NCBI GenBank assembly: GCA_013239625.1
Contig: MU053431.1
Span: 2,320,485-2,384,484, forward strand
Origin: Lama guanicoe
Lineage: Eukaryota
DNA length: 64,000 nucleotides
Direction of reading: 5' to 3'
Shown: positions 1 to 25,698 of the stretch, in pieces
Layout of the letters: each line of letters opens with the position of its first letter
Numbering within the stretch: the first letter of the stretch is position 1
Notes under the pieces: generated by a model
Told to the model about the DNA's origin: nothing
The model's input: the letters and a program-made list of their open reading frames with translations, nothing else
Databases searched by the model: none
Made by a program: the position numbers and the translations under genes

Positions 1-910
1 AAGCCCCCACAGATCTCCCGAGACCTTCCCGACCACCAGGGCCGAGACTGCCCAGCCAGGGCCTAGCGACAAAGAGCCAGGGAGAGTGCAGGGAGACTTC
101 CCCCCCTGCAGAGGGAGGCTGGGGCCTGGAGGAGGTTGTGCGGTGGAGGGGGTAAGCTGGTTTCCACACTGAAAAGGAAATCCTCCTCCTGACTGAAGAG
201 GCAGGGTGTGGCAGGGCCCAAGCACAACAGGGAACATTCTGGGGTTGCCCAAACCAGAGGGCCTTACCTCCAGCTACTGGAGGCTTCTCCAGACAGCAGC
301 TCTTTACCTCATCCACTGAAATAAGCCCCACTTTGCCTGCCCTGATTTCCACTCTCCCTCCCTCCCCCACGCCCCACGAGCAGCTGGATGCAGGCTGGAG
401 CTGAGAACTGGGAGTGGGTTCCAGAACCCCCAGGGCTGTGAGGGGTCATGGGTGGTGGGTTCCGCAGCTTCCCACCCGCGGTGAAGTCCCTGAAGGGCTG
501 GAAAGCTCAAGGCATGCAGCCTGTTCTGGGTACCACCGTGTGCCCGCGGGGGCTCACGTCTGGTTGGAGGGCTGAGCATGCAGAAGCAAAAACCCCCAAC
601 CTGTCTTGGGTGAGAAGGGGCGGGCCCCATCCTCAGCGGAGAAGGCCAGAGCAGAGGGGCACTGCGGGGCCTCGGCCTGAAGGGCTCAGCCCAGGGCTGT
701 GACAGCAGCAGAAAGGGACCAGAAACGCAGGGGCCATCGTCCAGCTGCTCGCCGCCCCCACAGAGCTGGAAAGGTGGGGGCAGGCTAGACCAGCTGGGGG
801 CCAGGGCCCAAAGCAATGGCCAGAGCCCGGGAAGGGGGGTCCAGGAGGTGGGAGGGAGACAGGCTGTGCTCTAGGACTGGGGCGAGGGTCATTGAACTAC
901 TCCAACTCCA

Positions 911-930
911 GGCCACGCCAGGGGGCGCTG
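911..930 (+). promoter_or_regulatory. Possible CTCF site upstream of the PPDPF promoter
   Basis: ggccacgccagggggcgctg resembles the CTCF core CCASYAGRKGGCRS; motif match only. Confidence 0.35.
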
Positions 931-949
931 CCTCGGAAGCCCAGGTCTG

Positions 950-1760
950 ACCGACGCCGCAGGACTGAACTTCCGCCGGCGCAGGCCGGCGAGAGCCAGG
1001 CCAAGGGGGCGGGGCAGGGAGGTGCTTGGGGCGGGGCCGAGCCGAGGCCTCGCAGGGGTCCTGGGCGGGGCCTGGATCGAGGCGGGGCCTGGGGGCCAGC
1101 TCGTCCCGCCCCCCGTGACGAGACTGCGGCGCCGCCGTATAAGGAGACGCGTCCGCGCGTGCGCGCCCCGCGCGTCTGGGTCGTGGAGCTGTAGCTCGCG
1201 GTCGCTTCTGTAGATGGGCTCCGTGGAGTAGCGTCCCCGTCCCCGCCACCTGTGATCGTGCGCCGAGGCCCACGAGGGGTCGCCGCCGAGGTGAGGAGCT
1301 GGGGCGGCGCGAGGGTGGGGTCGAGCGGCCCTCATGGGCGGCGCGGGCCGGCCCGTGCGCGACGGTGGCGGGGCGGGTCGCACGGCGGCCGAGAGGAGGG
1401 CAGGGCGGGCGGGGTCGGGGCCGCGGGCGGGCAGGGGCGGCGGGCCGGGCCCGGGACGCGGAGCTAGGGGCGCGCTGGCCGCTTCCACGAGCCCCAGGCC
1501 TGCGGCCCCGCGCACAAAGCGCCTTTGTTACCCCGCGCGGCCGGTTCGGGCTGGTTGGAACCGCCCGCGCGGAGAGGGCGGGCCGGGAGTTCCCGAGCCC
1601 CGCCTCGGTTGGGTAAACAAACCCAGCCTTTGTGCCCCGCCCCGGAGCCCGCGGGGCTGAGCCTGGCGTCCCGACCGGGCGGCTCAGCTCGGGTGGGGAG
1701 CGTCCCTCTCGACGGGCAGCGGTGACCAAAGGGGTTCCCCGACGGCGCCTTTGCAGGTTT
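950..1760 (+). promoter_or_regulatory. PPDPF: CpG-island promoter and non-coding first exon of PPDPF
   Basis: Dense CpG, several GGGCGG GC boxes (~1005-1090), TATA-like TATAAG at 1138-1143, likely first donor GAG|GTGAGG at 1291 and acceptor TTTGCAG ending 1756. Confidence 0.75.
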
Positions 1761-1780
1761 CCACCAGCCCAAGCAAGATC

Positions 1781-2497
1781 ATGGCAGCCATCCCCTCCAG
1801 CGGCTCGCTCGTGGCCACCCACGACTACTACCGGCGTAAGTAAGCCCCTTGCTCGCCCCCTCCCCAGGTCTCACCCAGCCCGTGGCGGCAGCTCCAGTGT
1901 CTTGAGAACCCTTATCTGGGTGGGGAGTGAGCTGCTAAAGATCCCTGGCACTGGCCCTGTGCTGCCAGCAAAGCCAGCATTTGGCCTGGTGGGCAAGGGG
2001 CTCAGTACCCTGCAGAGCTGACTGGGCCTCTTCTCTCTAGGCCGCCTGGGCTCCACTTCCAGTAACAGCTCCTGCGGAAGTGCAGAGTACCCTGGGGAAG
2101 CCATCCCCCACCACCCGGGTGAGTGGAGGTCCTGTTCCCATCTGTCCCCAGGGGCCCTCTGGAAGGAGCCAGCTGCAGCATCCTGACTTCACTTTGCTTC
2201 CTTCAGGTCTCCCCAAAGCCGACCTGGGACACTGGTGGGCTAGCTTCTTTTTCGGGAAGTCCACTCTCCCATTCATGGCCACAGTGTTGGAGTCCCCAGA
2301 GCAGTGAGTCCACTTTCCTGGGGGGCAGTGACGGGGGTGGGCAGGTGGAAGCAACCTCTGACCACACGCTCTCCCCCAGCTCGGAATCGCCCCAGACTTC
2401 CACCAGCGCGATCACCTGTGACCTGGTTCGGGAAGCCGTGGGGAAGCAGCAGCCTGGCAGCCAGCCTGGCAAAACCAACTCCAGGCCCCCGTCCTGA
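1781..2497 (+). CDS. PPDPF: Pancreatic progenitor cell differentiation and proliferation factor, 115 aa
   Basis: Coding exons 1781-1835, 2041-2118, 2207-2303, 2380-2497 (348 nt, all GT-AG) give MAAIPSSGSLVATHDYYRRRLGSTSSNSSCGS...GHWWASFFFGKSTLPFMATVLESPEHSESP...RPPS*, recognisable as PPDPF. Confidence 0.96.
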
Positions 2498-2737
2498 GTG
2501 GCTGCCACCAGGTGCCAGGCTTCCTTCCAAGGCGCTAGGCTCATAAGAGCCCTCCCCCTCCCCTTCCCTCCCCTCCCTGAGACGAAGCAGGCTACAGCCA
2601 ACAGAAACAGTTGGGTTCTTTAATATCAAAACAGCAGAACGCCAAAAAGGAAGTTAAGAGAACCACGCTCTTTACTGTCCAAGCCACACGAGAGCCTTCC
2701 TGACACTTAATAACCCCGTGCCTTGCACCAAGTAGAA

Positions 2738-2743
2738 AGTAAA
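2738..2743 (+). terminator. PPDPF: Probable variant poly(A) signal (AGTAAA) of PPDPF
   Basis: AGTAAA followed ~20 nt later by GT-rich gtgtgtgtgagctgtgtg; no AATAAA seen nearby. Confidence 0.4.
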
Positions 2744-4332
2744 CTCCAGGCAGCCTGATGGTGTGTGTGAGCTGTGTGCCCCCCCGCCGTGGGAGAAGTC
2801 ACCCATACTCTCATCCTTCTCACTTCCTGGGCGGTGGGGAACTGGCCTTGCTCCCTGGGCCTTCCTGGGGCCCCTCCCTAGGCGGCCACCCCCAAGGTCT
2901 GGCCCAGGTGCACATGGGGAGGCAGCTCTGGTGAGCATGGAGCCTCGCATCTGAGAAGGGGTAGGGTGCCTTGCTATGTTGGGGAGCTGGGGAGAGCAGG
3001 CAGCCCAGGAGCTGGACTGGAGGCCTCCAGGGCAGCCACTGAGGTCAGGGCCCTCTGTGACTGCACCCCTTGTCCCTGCCACTAATGCTGGGGGCTGGGC
3101 CTCTGGCTCTGGATTCAGGAGCCCCAGCTAGAGGGGCCCAGTGCCCCTTGAAGGACCTTGAGGAGGCCGTCCTCAAGCTGGTGTCGGGTGGTTCATGTGC
3201 CACGTCTTCCCAGGTGCCTTCTGGTAAGGGGTCACCTCTTCTAGCCTCTTGAAAGATGCTCTCTCGACAGGATTCCCCCAACCCTGGGGGCGTGGCCCCA
3301 GGCACCCAAAACTAAGGCTGAGGAGTAGGTGGTGTAGGACTGCCCTAGAGGGGCCCTGCCACCAGGGACAGCCCAGCTCTGGGTAAAGTCCAATTCCAGG
3401 GGCTCTGTGTATGGTGGTGAGGTGTGGCTCATCCTCTGCTGGCCTCCTGGTGGTTGGCTGGTGGTGTCCAGCAGAGGTGGACGGGGGGAGTGGAGGGAGG
3501 CTTGGTGGGAGGTTAATGGGCTGGGCTCAGCAGGCCCTTGAAGGAGCCCATCCTCTGACCTCCCCATCTGCACTCTGCCTCATTCGCACAGGTCCATTCC
3601 AAGGCACTTGGATGGCTAGTGGCCTCCAAAGGCTGCACCCTCTGTCCTGCCTGCCCTCAGTGTGTCCAGACAGACTGCAGGGTTGGGGGATGAGCTCCCC
3701 TGTGGTCCAAAGGCTGGTAGACAGTGATGAGCCAGGGGGAGGGGGCATACCTCCAAGGCTGGCCTGAGACCCACCCAGTCTTTTTGGCCACAGTGTCCAG
3801 ATGAAGCCCCCACATCCCCTGGTGGCAGCTGCTGATTGCTGAGGCAGGTGGCCAGGGACAGCCGCCTCGCACCAGGTAGCAGGCATCAGGGCCCCTGTCA
3901 ATGCAGAGTGCTGGAAAGTCCATGCCCCCTCAAGTTCAGGGGTCAGGCAGGGCCAGGTGGCAGAGGGAGTGCAGCCGAAGCCTAAATCCCCACCGTGCAC
4001 AGCCAGGGAGGCTCAGTCCTGTCCTGACAGCCAGTGGGCTTCGGGTCAGGACCAGGGACAGGTCCCCTCCCTTAGTTCCAGAGCAGGCGTGGGCTCCGGA
4101 GGGCCTGGCACTTTCCAGAGCTGGTGTCTTGAGGAGTAGGTGGGAAGAAGGGGTAGTCTGAGCCCCAGACTGCACTGGGTGAGCTCTCCTGCCCCGGGAC
4201 AGGGCGGGCCCAGTGCTGCCGGGGCCCCTACCTGGGAGTGTCCAGTTGGTTCAGGAGCTGTAGCCTTAGCACAAATTCTCAGTAACTCAAGGTCAGCCCA
4301 CATCCTTGATCCGCGGTTGCTCAGGCCCTTCC

Positions 4333-10732
<6,400 letters not shown>

Positions 10733-11399
10733 GGCCGGTACAGCGACAGAACTGGGCCTCCTGGCCTCGCCGCCTTCACTGGCCCAGCTCAGACACCGCT
10801 GGCTAGGAGCAGCGTGTGGGCAGGGCTGACGCTGACAGGCCAGCCCGCCCCACTGGGCCACTGCCCACTTCCCTGACAAGGTGGCGGGGCTGGCCACACC
10901 TGTGCCACCAGGACGGCCTCCCCCAGGCCTCCCCAAGCACCCTGGACTCCTCCCTGAGGGCCCCAGCAGCTGCCCCCCATTCTCCTACCCCTGGGCCAGA
11001 TCAGTCTGGGCACTCATCTTGCCTCCCTGCTGTGGGGAACCTGCCCACCAAGCAGCCACTCAGGTGTCCCTGGCCACACGGCCGGACCTGAGCACCAGGG
11101 GAGGGAGGGTGGGGTAGCTGATCGAGCCAGGGCGCTCCCTTCCCAAACCTCCCAGGGCTGCTGGGACTGAGCCAGGACACAGCATCAGGCAACTCTCAGC
11201 AGAGTGGCTGCTGGAAGCCCCGGTGGGCACTGCGTCTCTCCCCACGACCGAAGGGTCTTCAAGTGCCAGGTGCCTCCTCCTCACCACGGAGCCCGCGCAG
11301 TTCCTGAGCCCAGCAGGGAAACCCTGCCATGACAGGACGGCGGTGAGGACGAGGACCAGGAGAAATCACACTCTAACCCTACTTCCTGGCACTTTCGCT

Positions 11400-11405
11400 T
11401 TTATT
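11400..11405 (-). terminator. SRMS: AATAAA poly(A) signal, probably for SRMS
   Basis: tttatt on +; first AATAAA I found downstream of the SRMS stop, ~670 nt before the PTK6 ATG. Confidence 0.6.
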
Positions 11406-13208
11406 GAGACGAGACTGGGACCACTCGCTTCACTGAAACCAAGTCCAAGTGTCGTTTCCCAAGTTCGTGAGCACACAGAGCAGCCCGCTCAGTTCTGAGC
11501 AAGGAGGGGCCAGTCCCGGGGGCAGGGACCCAGGGCTGGGCGGTGAGCTGCTCGGCTCCCCTGGGCTCCAAGGCCCCACCCCGCACGCCCACCCCTCACC
11601 GCTGCCGGGACACCTGGGCGCCGCGTCCAGGGCCTCGGCCGGCTGTGCGGGGGGTTTCCCGGGGCCACACCGGGATGTGGCCGCGGGAGGGCTCTGAGGT
11701 GGAGATTCTGGTCCCTCCCTAGGCACCACCACCAGACCTGTTTGGCTTGTGCTGAAGAGATGCCCCAGGGATGTGCCAGTGACCCCAACCCTGAGCACAC
11801 CCGCCTCCCCGGTCACCGCCCAGCACAGCCCTCCAGCCACAGTACACCTGCCAGCCCCGCTCCCCACATGCCACAGTTTCCCGGAAACAAAGCGGGTGAG
11901 CCCTCCAGCGTGGCCAGAGCCCTGAACCCCTCGCCACTTTATCTGGGAACCACCCAGAGCCGGGTCAGGGGCTGCAGACCAAGGCAGACCCCCTAGCTGC
12001 CTGCGGTCCCAAAAGGCTCAGGCCAAACCCACCTGCCCCTACCGTCTGCCTGGGTCGGGAGGACGGTGTCCCAGGCTCTGACCCACAGCCAGGCCGACTG
12101 GGGCCCTGAAGTGGCCTGTTCCTACCTCCTACCTAGTCCTTTGGGCTGCCTCTGCCCACAGTGCCCACCTCTCCCCTCTGGGAAGGCTCCAGTCCCCGCC
12201 CTCCACTGTCTGCCTCTTGGAGACCAAAGCCATCAGGGTGAGCTGGAACCAATGTGATGTCCTGCCCAGTCCACATTTGGTGACACTCTGATGTGGCTTG
12301 AAACCAGCCCTGTGGGAAGTCGCATCCTGGAAACTGGCTGCTTCCTTTCCCAGGGGAGCTGGTCATCACCCAGGTGCCCAGACGACATGGCCTCTGCCCC
12401 ACCCCCTCCTGCACAGCCAGGCCAGCACCCAGCCCCACGCCTGAGGCACTCTGCCTCCCTGACCTTTGTCCCACCCCCAGAGACCCCACCCCCAGCATAA
12501 CTTAGTCACCTTCCAGTGGCCTGACCCATCCCACCCCCCTCCCCAGCCCTCTCTGCTCCAGCCCCAGGGAGATGGAAAGGGCTGTTCGTACAGCTTCTGC
12601 AGCCTCAGCCGGTTCCTGCCAACAGCCCAGGAGTCGTGCTGCCCCTGGGTCCCTGGTTCTGGGCGCAAAGATGCTCGCGGGTGGGGACCAGCTCTTCCTC
12701 CGCTGTGGTAAGCCAGCTAGGGGACCATGCATCAGCTCCAGCTCCTGCTCTGATCTAGGGGCTGATGTGTGTGCTGATGGCCGCGCCCTGCCTGTGCTAT
12801 GTGGGGCCAGCGCCCCGATTCCACCAGAGAGCCCCAGCACTGCCGCTTCAGCAAGGCCACAGCAGGACTTTGGAGACACTGGGAAGCCCACCTCTCACTC
12901 TTGACTCTGAGAGAGCTGAGGGGGCTCCATCTGGCCTTCTCTGCAGAGATCCTTATCCCACCAGGGACACCAGTCACACCAGGAGAGGACCCCAGCCCCT
13001 CCTCTGTCTGAGCAGGTGTCTGCATATGTATGCCTTGCATGCACATGCAAATGTCAGAGCGTGTCAGGGCGTGTGGCCCAGGGCCAGAGGCTGCGCGGGC
13101 TGGCAACAGTTTTGGGGCACCAGAGACCCCTGTGTGTGTTGACCTGTCCTGTGGGTTGGGAGGCTCCTCGGCAAGCGGGTGGCCCTGGCCAGGTGTCTGG
13201 GGCCCGAG

Positions 13209-20032
<6,824 letters not shown>

Positions 20033-20509
20033 GCCCCGCGACGCGCCAGGCCCCGCGGGGCACCCCGACGGGACACCAGAGGGGCGGTGGGATGGCGAGC
20101 GGCGGGGCCTCGCTGCGCGGGGCCTCAGCTGGCGCGCGGTGCTGGGGGACGGTCTCCCCAGGGGCTCCCGGCCAAGCGCGCAGAGCCCCCGCCCGCTCCC
20201 GGCGGTGCGCAGACCAGCGCAGGGGCCCCCAGCCCCGCATACACGACGGCGGCTCCTCTCCCCGGCCTCGAGGGTGTCTCGCGGGCCAGACTGGCCCGCG
20301 ACTGCTCTGATCCGGCTGCGGCTGGGGTGGGAGCCGCCGCAGAAGCGGAGTCGAGGCGGCCTGGAAGAGGGTGTCCCAAAACCGGCGTCGGGGCGGGGCT
20401 ACGGGGCGGGGCCTGGTGGGTGGGGTCTCGTGGGCCGTAAAAGGCGGAGAGGGGAAGTCCCTCTGGGGAAGGAGTCGCCAGCGTCTCGGCTGTGCCAGGG
20501 TCACTCTGC

Positions 20510-20650
20510 CGGTGTGACCTTGTAGGACAGTTCTGCAAGGTGTTTCCCTTCGGGGAAACTGGCAAAGGGTACTTGGGATCTGTGTTATTTCTTACAGCTG
20601 CAGATGAATCTACAATTATTTCAAAATGAAAGTTTAATTTTAAAAAATTA
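20510..20650 (+). mobile_element. L1 (L1MC-like) extreme 3' end
   Basis: ggggaaactggcaaagggtacttgggatctgtgttatttcttacagctgcagatgaatctacaattatttcaaaat plus A-rich tail. Confidence 0.6.
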
Positions 20651-21319
20651 GCTGAGGAATGAGAAATGGGGAAAAAAGAAGATCGGAGCTGGCAGAGGTC
20701 CAGGACATGCCTGGCCCAGAGGAGAAAGGAAGGCTGCGCTGCCCCTCCACCCCCTCTCTGTGGGTGGGCCGCAGGTCTGGGCCTTCCTCCCACTACTTTT
20801 CATTCCCCCCCCCTACTTTCCAGGTGCCAGGCACCCCTCGACCTTCAGACAGCACCTCCGTTTCCACATAATCCAACTCTTGCCCCTCGGACCTCTAAGT
20901 AACCATAACAATGACAGACCGTAATTACTGAGTAAGCGCCCAGGTCTCTCCTTCCCAGGCACGACCTGCGGGGGCTTCGACGCTCAGGCCTGGACCCAGA
21001 GGACAGGCTGACTGGGGCTTAGCCTCCTCCCAAGAGTGAGGTCAGTAGGAGGGATGGGGGTGCCGAGGGGAGGCTCTGCCGCGGAACAGCCTGGGCGGGG
21101 AGCCAGGCGCAGACACGCCATGCTGGAAGGGTTCCCGCCACTGACCTCCCAGTAGTTGGAGGCAGAGGCGTCCCTTGCCTTGAGGAGGCTCCCGGGTCGT
21201 GACGCCCCAGGTTCCCAGGGAAGGGAGTCAAGTCTCTGGACGGTTCGTCCAAGCTGAGACCAGGAGGCGGGCCCAGGGCTGAAGATTCGGCTGGGAAGAG
21301 AGGTTCCCTCCATCGGGGT

Positions 21320-21650
21320 CCTGGGACCCGGGACCGCGCGGCGCGCTATCTTGCCGCAGCCCCTCCAGCCACGGGGACCAGGTCCCCACGCCTTGGGCTC
21401 TCCGCCCACCCTGCCTCCACCCCCGGGAGGGCGGGGCGTCACAGAGGCCGGCGATCCCCATGGCAACCGGCTGGACGCCGAGCGCGCGAGGCTGGGCGCC
21501 GGTGGCTCTGCGCACAGTGGGCGGCACTGCTCGGCGCTCTCCGGGAGGCAGGGCAAGTGGGCGGGCGCGGGGAGGCTGGAGGCTGGAGGCGGTGGGGAGG
21601 CGGGCTGGGGGTGCAGGCGGAGGTGGGCAGGCAGGCGCGAGTGGAAGCAG
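21320..21650 (+). promoter_or_regulatory. FNDC11: CpG island, probable FNDC11 promoter, with RFX X-box half site
   Basis: CpG-dense block ~1.5 kb upstream of the FNDC11 coding exon; ccatggcaac at 21458-21467. Confidence 0.5.
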
Positions 21651-23132
21651 ATTTAGGGGCAGTGGGCTTGGGGTCAGGGGTATGAAGTTGGAGGTGGAGT
21701 AGAATGTAGGTCTGGGAAGGCCCGCCAGGGCAGGCAGCTTCTTTCCCAGAGTTCACCAGCAGCCCCTCGACAGTTTTCCAACTGAGGCCGCTGGCAAATG
21801 AACACACTTCTGTCCCGTAGCCGGATCTGGAGAAAGAGTTCCCTCCAGAGGTGGCCTGAATCTGCCACAGCCTCTGGCCACCATGGGACTTGGAGTCCTG
21901 GGTCCTAGTCTCTGTTTGCACCTCACCCTGATACCCTCTCTGCAGCACCAAGGCTGGTCTGCCTCTGCCCCAGGAAGTTCAAGGCTGGGCCTTTGCCGGT
22001 GGGGCAGGGGGGAGGGGGCAACGGAGGGTGGGGGGACCAGCTTGAGTCCCAGCCTCACTTTGCACTTAGCAGTGCAGACTTGGGCGGGTCCCTTAGCCTC
22101 TCAGCTCCCATTTGTAATTCATCCAAACTTCAGGGGATTGGGACAACCTGAGATCTCCCAAGTGAAACCACTGGGTCTGTCTCACTGAGCTTGGAAGTGG
22201 CTGGGACCTGGGACAACAGCCAGGGATGCTGGCTCCTTCTCCAAGGAGCCCCAGCCTTGTGGCCACGGCCTGCCAGGCCTGGGGGGTGCACTGGCCCCCT
22301 CCCACTGACACACAGAGCTGGGAACCCACATGGGGGAGGGTGCAAAAGGAGACCCAGGCTCTGGGGTCCCTGCTGGGCTCAAAGCCCTGACTGAGAGCAA
22401 GCAGCAAAGTGTCCTGGCCTCAGGCACCCGCCCTGTGAGGCAGCGTGATGACACCTCACCACTTAGGGGCCTTTCTCCTGGAGTCAGTGAGCTCTCCAAG
22501 TTATACCTGAGACCCCAGGACACACCCTCAGCCATCAGGAGCTGGCACGATTACTCCTCAGAGCTGAGGCCTCGGCCAGCCTGCCCCCCGATCTGGCCCC
22601 ATCCCCAGCTGCCTTGTCTCTCAGAGACCTTGGTCCTCTGCTCTGTGCCTGCAGTGAGGCATGGAGGGTCTGCAGGACAGTGGTGTCCCCCACTGAGGTC
22701 TGGTGCTACTCAGACAGGATCACACTGAGTCCTCTCAGCTGCTCCAGAGGGGCACCGCGACCCCATCCAGATGTGGCTGCACCACTGGTCAATGGCTGGG
22801 CTCTGCACGGGCTGTTCTGGCCCCAAGCGCAGTCTCAGCCCTGCTCTATGCCATCAGAGCCAACAACCAGTAGTGTTGGCCCCTCAACGTCCACTTGCAC
22901 CCAGATCTGCAGCCTGCCCGCCTGGCCCTCCAAGCAGCCTCTTTCCAGAGAGTTGAGCCCTCCTCCCCCGGCCCCCGGGGAGGGCAGAGGGCCCAGCAGT
23001 GGGAGGGGAAGTGGGCCTGAAGTCACCCACACACAAACACTGCCCCCAGCGAGCCCTCAGGTGGGTGGCAGAAGCCGGTACGATGGTTCTAGCTCATGCC
23101 CTCCCCCCTCCCCCTTCCCCAGCTCCCAGACC

Positions 23133-24134
23133 ATGAATTTCCAGGTGACAGGCCTGGGCCTGGACAAAATGAAGCTGGACAGCCCCCAGTCCTTCCTGGA
23201 CCAGGAGGAGGCAGAGGAGGCTGAGGACAGGCAGCTGCTGGAGCCCGAGGCCTGGCGGACCTACGTGGAGCGCCGCAACGCTCTGCGTGAGTTCCTGACC
23301 TCAGACCTGAGCCCCCAGTTGCTCAAGCGCCACCATGCCCGCATGGAGCTCCTCAGAAAGTGCTCCTACTACATCGAGATCCTCCCCAAGCCCCTGGCCC
23401 TGGGTGACCAGAACCCGCTGGTGCTGCCCAGCACCGTGTTCCAGCTCATCGACCCCTGGAAGTTCCAGCGCATGAAGAAGGTGGGCACAGCCCAGACCCA
23501 GATCCAGCTACTGCTGCTTGGGGACCTGCTGGAGCAGCTGGACCACGGCCGCGCTGCACTGGACTCCCTGCTTGAGTCGCCCGACCCTCGGCCCTTCCTG
23601 GCTGGCTGGGGGCTCGTGGAGCGGCGGCTGGCGGACCTGTCGGCCGTCATGGACAGCTTCCTGGCCATGATGGTGCCGGGGCGTCTGCACATCAAGCACC
23701 GCCTGGTGTCCGACGTTGGCGCCACCAAGATCCCGCACATCCGGCTCATGTTGAGCACCAAGATGCCCGTCATGTTCGACCGCAAGGAGTCGGTGGCCTA
23801 CCAGGACTGGGTCAGCCTGCGCTGGTTCGTCACCATCCAGCCAGCCGTGCCCGAGCAGTTTGAGCTGCGCTTCAAGCTGCTGGACCCACGGACACAGCAG
23901 GAGTGCCTGCAGTGCGGCATCATCCCCGTGGCCGCCTGCACCTTCGACGTCCGGAACCTGCTGCCCAACCGCTCCTACAGGTTCACCGTCAAGCGGGCCG
24001 AGAGCTACACGCTGGTGTACGAGCCCTGGCGGGACAGCCTCACCCTGCAGACCAGGCCAGGGCCCCCCGAAGGGCCAGCCCCCAGTCGGCTGGGCAAGCC
24101 AGGCCTGCCCCTGACCACACCTTCCGAGAGATGA
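23133..24134 (+). CDS. FNDC11: Fibronectin type III domain-containing protein 11 (C20orf195), single coding exon, 333 aa
   Basis: Pyrimidine tract and AG at 23121-23122, then acc[18 protein letters not shown]...[16 protein letters not shown]...[13 protein letters not shown]...FN3-like [17 protein letters not shown]. Uninterrupted. Confidence 0.95.
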   Translation: MNFQVTGLGLDKMKLDSPQSFLDQEEAEEAEDRQLLEPEAWRTYVERRNALREFLTSDLSPQLLKRHHARMELLRKCSYYIEILPKPLALGDQNPLVLPSTVFQLIDPWKFQRMKKVGTAQTQIQLLLLGDLLEQLDHGRAALDSLLESPDPRPFLAGWGLVERRLADLSAVMDSFLAMMVPGRLHIKHRLVSDVGATKIPHIRLMLSTKMPVMFDRKESVAYQDWVSLRWFVTIQPAVPEQFELRFKLLDPRTQQECLQCGIIPVAACTFDVRNLLPNRSYRFTVKRAESYTLVYEPWRDSLTLQTRPGPPEGPAPSRLGKPGLPLTTPSER

Positions 24135-24154
24135 TTTTCTGATATTTATCCACT

Positions 24155-24160
24155 AATAAA
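24155..24160 (+). terminator. FNDC11: AATAAA poly(A) signal of FNDC11
   Basis: AATAAA 20 nt after the stop, with a second copy ~12 nt downstream. Confidence 0.8.
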
Positions 24161-24540
24161 GAGGAAAATAAACACATGCACACAATGAGAGAGACCAACC
24201 TGCTCACGCTTGAAAGGCGGCAGCAGCTGTGAGAGTCTTTCCTGACCCAACCCAGCCCACCCTCAAGCCCCAGGCCTCCAGCTCCTGCACCTTTTCCAGG
24301 GAGAGCCCCAGCCAATCTTTCCAGGACACTGACCCCTGGAGCGAGAAGCTTCAGCCCAGCATGTGGCTGCCCCGAGGGCTCCACCCCTGGGCCCCAGCCC
24401 CTCCCACATCTCCCCCACCCACCCCCTCCATGACCAGCTGTGGGCCCAGCACAGGCTCCGCTCTTTCCCGCCTCCTGGGCTGGGATTCCCCAAGGGAAGA
24501 CAATACCCCCAGGCCCTGCCCAGGCCCCACTGGGGGCCGT

Positions 24541-24640
24541 CACCGCCCTGTTACCACCGCCCCAGTTCCACTGCCCCCAGTACCCCCGCCCCAGTTCCAC
24601 CGCCCCAGTTCCACCGCCCCAGTACCACCGCCCCCAGCTT
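24541..24640. repeat. Minisatellite, ~7 copies of a 14-15 bp unit CCACCGCCCCAGTT/A
   Basis: Directly visible tandem units. Confidence 0.85.
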
Positions 24641-25692
24641 CACCGGAGACACGGGGCCCATGGCCAAGAGGACATTTCTTTTAACGAAAATTAAAGTCTT
24701 ATCTTCTCCCCAAACGAAGCTGAAGTTCACTGCAGCCCCACCCAGGGTGACGCCCACCCGGGGTGGCCGAGGTCCCAGTAAGGGAGCCTGGCCAGGTCTT
24801 GTTTGGGTGGTCCTCCCTGCAGTTCGTCAGCGCTTCCCACCAACTTCCAGCGTCCAGCCCGTGTGGGTGACCTGGGGAGTCTGTCCTCGTCCTCTGTGGT
24901 CGTGTCACCCCCCAGATCGGCCAGCAGCTCGCTCCCTCCCCGCACACACGTCCACTTCTGGAAGGCGATGTGGCCGTTGCGTCCATGGGTCCAGGAGGGA
25001 CAGCCCTGGCTGTGCTGTGTGCCCCGGCTATGGCTGAGGAGGACTGTCAGTGGGAAGAGGCCCAGAACCACCCCCAGTACACTGATAACTAGCTTTCCGC
25101 CCCTCACCACGGACACTATGGTGGTCACCACGACAGACCTCTGAGAAGAGAAGGTGTGGCCAGGAAGACAGCCCCCCCCACTGACACGTGGCTGGTTGAG
25201 GGGCCCCCAGCTGTGCCAGGAAGGCCCAGCAACCCCCTCCCCGGCTGTGGACAGTGCACTGCAGGGTTGGGGCGGTCTAGCCTGGGGCCCCCTCCGAGGC
25301 CTCTTCAGCCTCTGACGCACTCATGGTGCTGTGTGCTGGCCAGGGGCTAAGCCATACTGTCACACGCTCTGCGGCATCACACGGCAGGACACAGACACGG
25401 CCTGAGGGGCAGATCCAGGTCCTCAGTACTGCAAAGAAACGCAGATCCAGCTGGGTGGCCCTGCCCTGGGAGCAGGCCCGAAGCTGCGAGGGGGCTGCGG
25501 AGCTCAGAGTAGAGCCCCATGTCCACAAGGGGCTTGTCACCTGGTTCCCCTGCCTGAAGGACACAGGGGTGTGGGTCTGAGTTAGATGGCGCACTGATGG
25601 CCGAGAAAAGGCCCTGTCTTCCCTCCGGGGAGGCCTCCCTGCCTTGAGTTTGGGCTGAGGACCCTGCTCCAGTAAGAGACGCTAGCTTTTGG

Positions 25693-25698
25693 TTTATT
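25693..25698 (-). terminator. HELZ2: AATAAA, probable ancestral HELZ2 poly(A) signal
   Basis: tttatt on +, ~420 nt beyond the apparent ancestral HELZ2 stop. Confidence 0.55.

Noticed and set aside
785-1822. 345-aa minus-strand ORF and overlapping ORFs at the PPDPF promoter
   Set aside because: Arg/Pro/Ala/Gly-rich reads through a CpG island where stops are scarce; no domain.
2119-2379. Very short PPDPF introns (88 and 76 nt)
   Set aside because: Canonical sites and sizes normal for GC-rich compact genes.
22614-23132. 173-codon upstream extension of the FNDC11 ORF (506 aa in the ORF track)
   Set aside because: Starts at a non-ATG codon, is low-complexity Pro/Ser-rich and crosses a clear splice acceptor at 23121-23122; most likely intron that is open by chance.
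24541-24640. CRISPR-like array
   Set aside because: Adjacent tandem units without unique spacers, in a mammalian genome.
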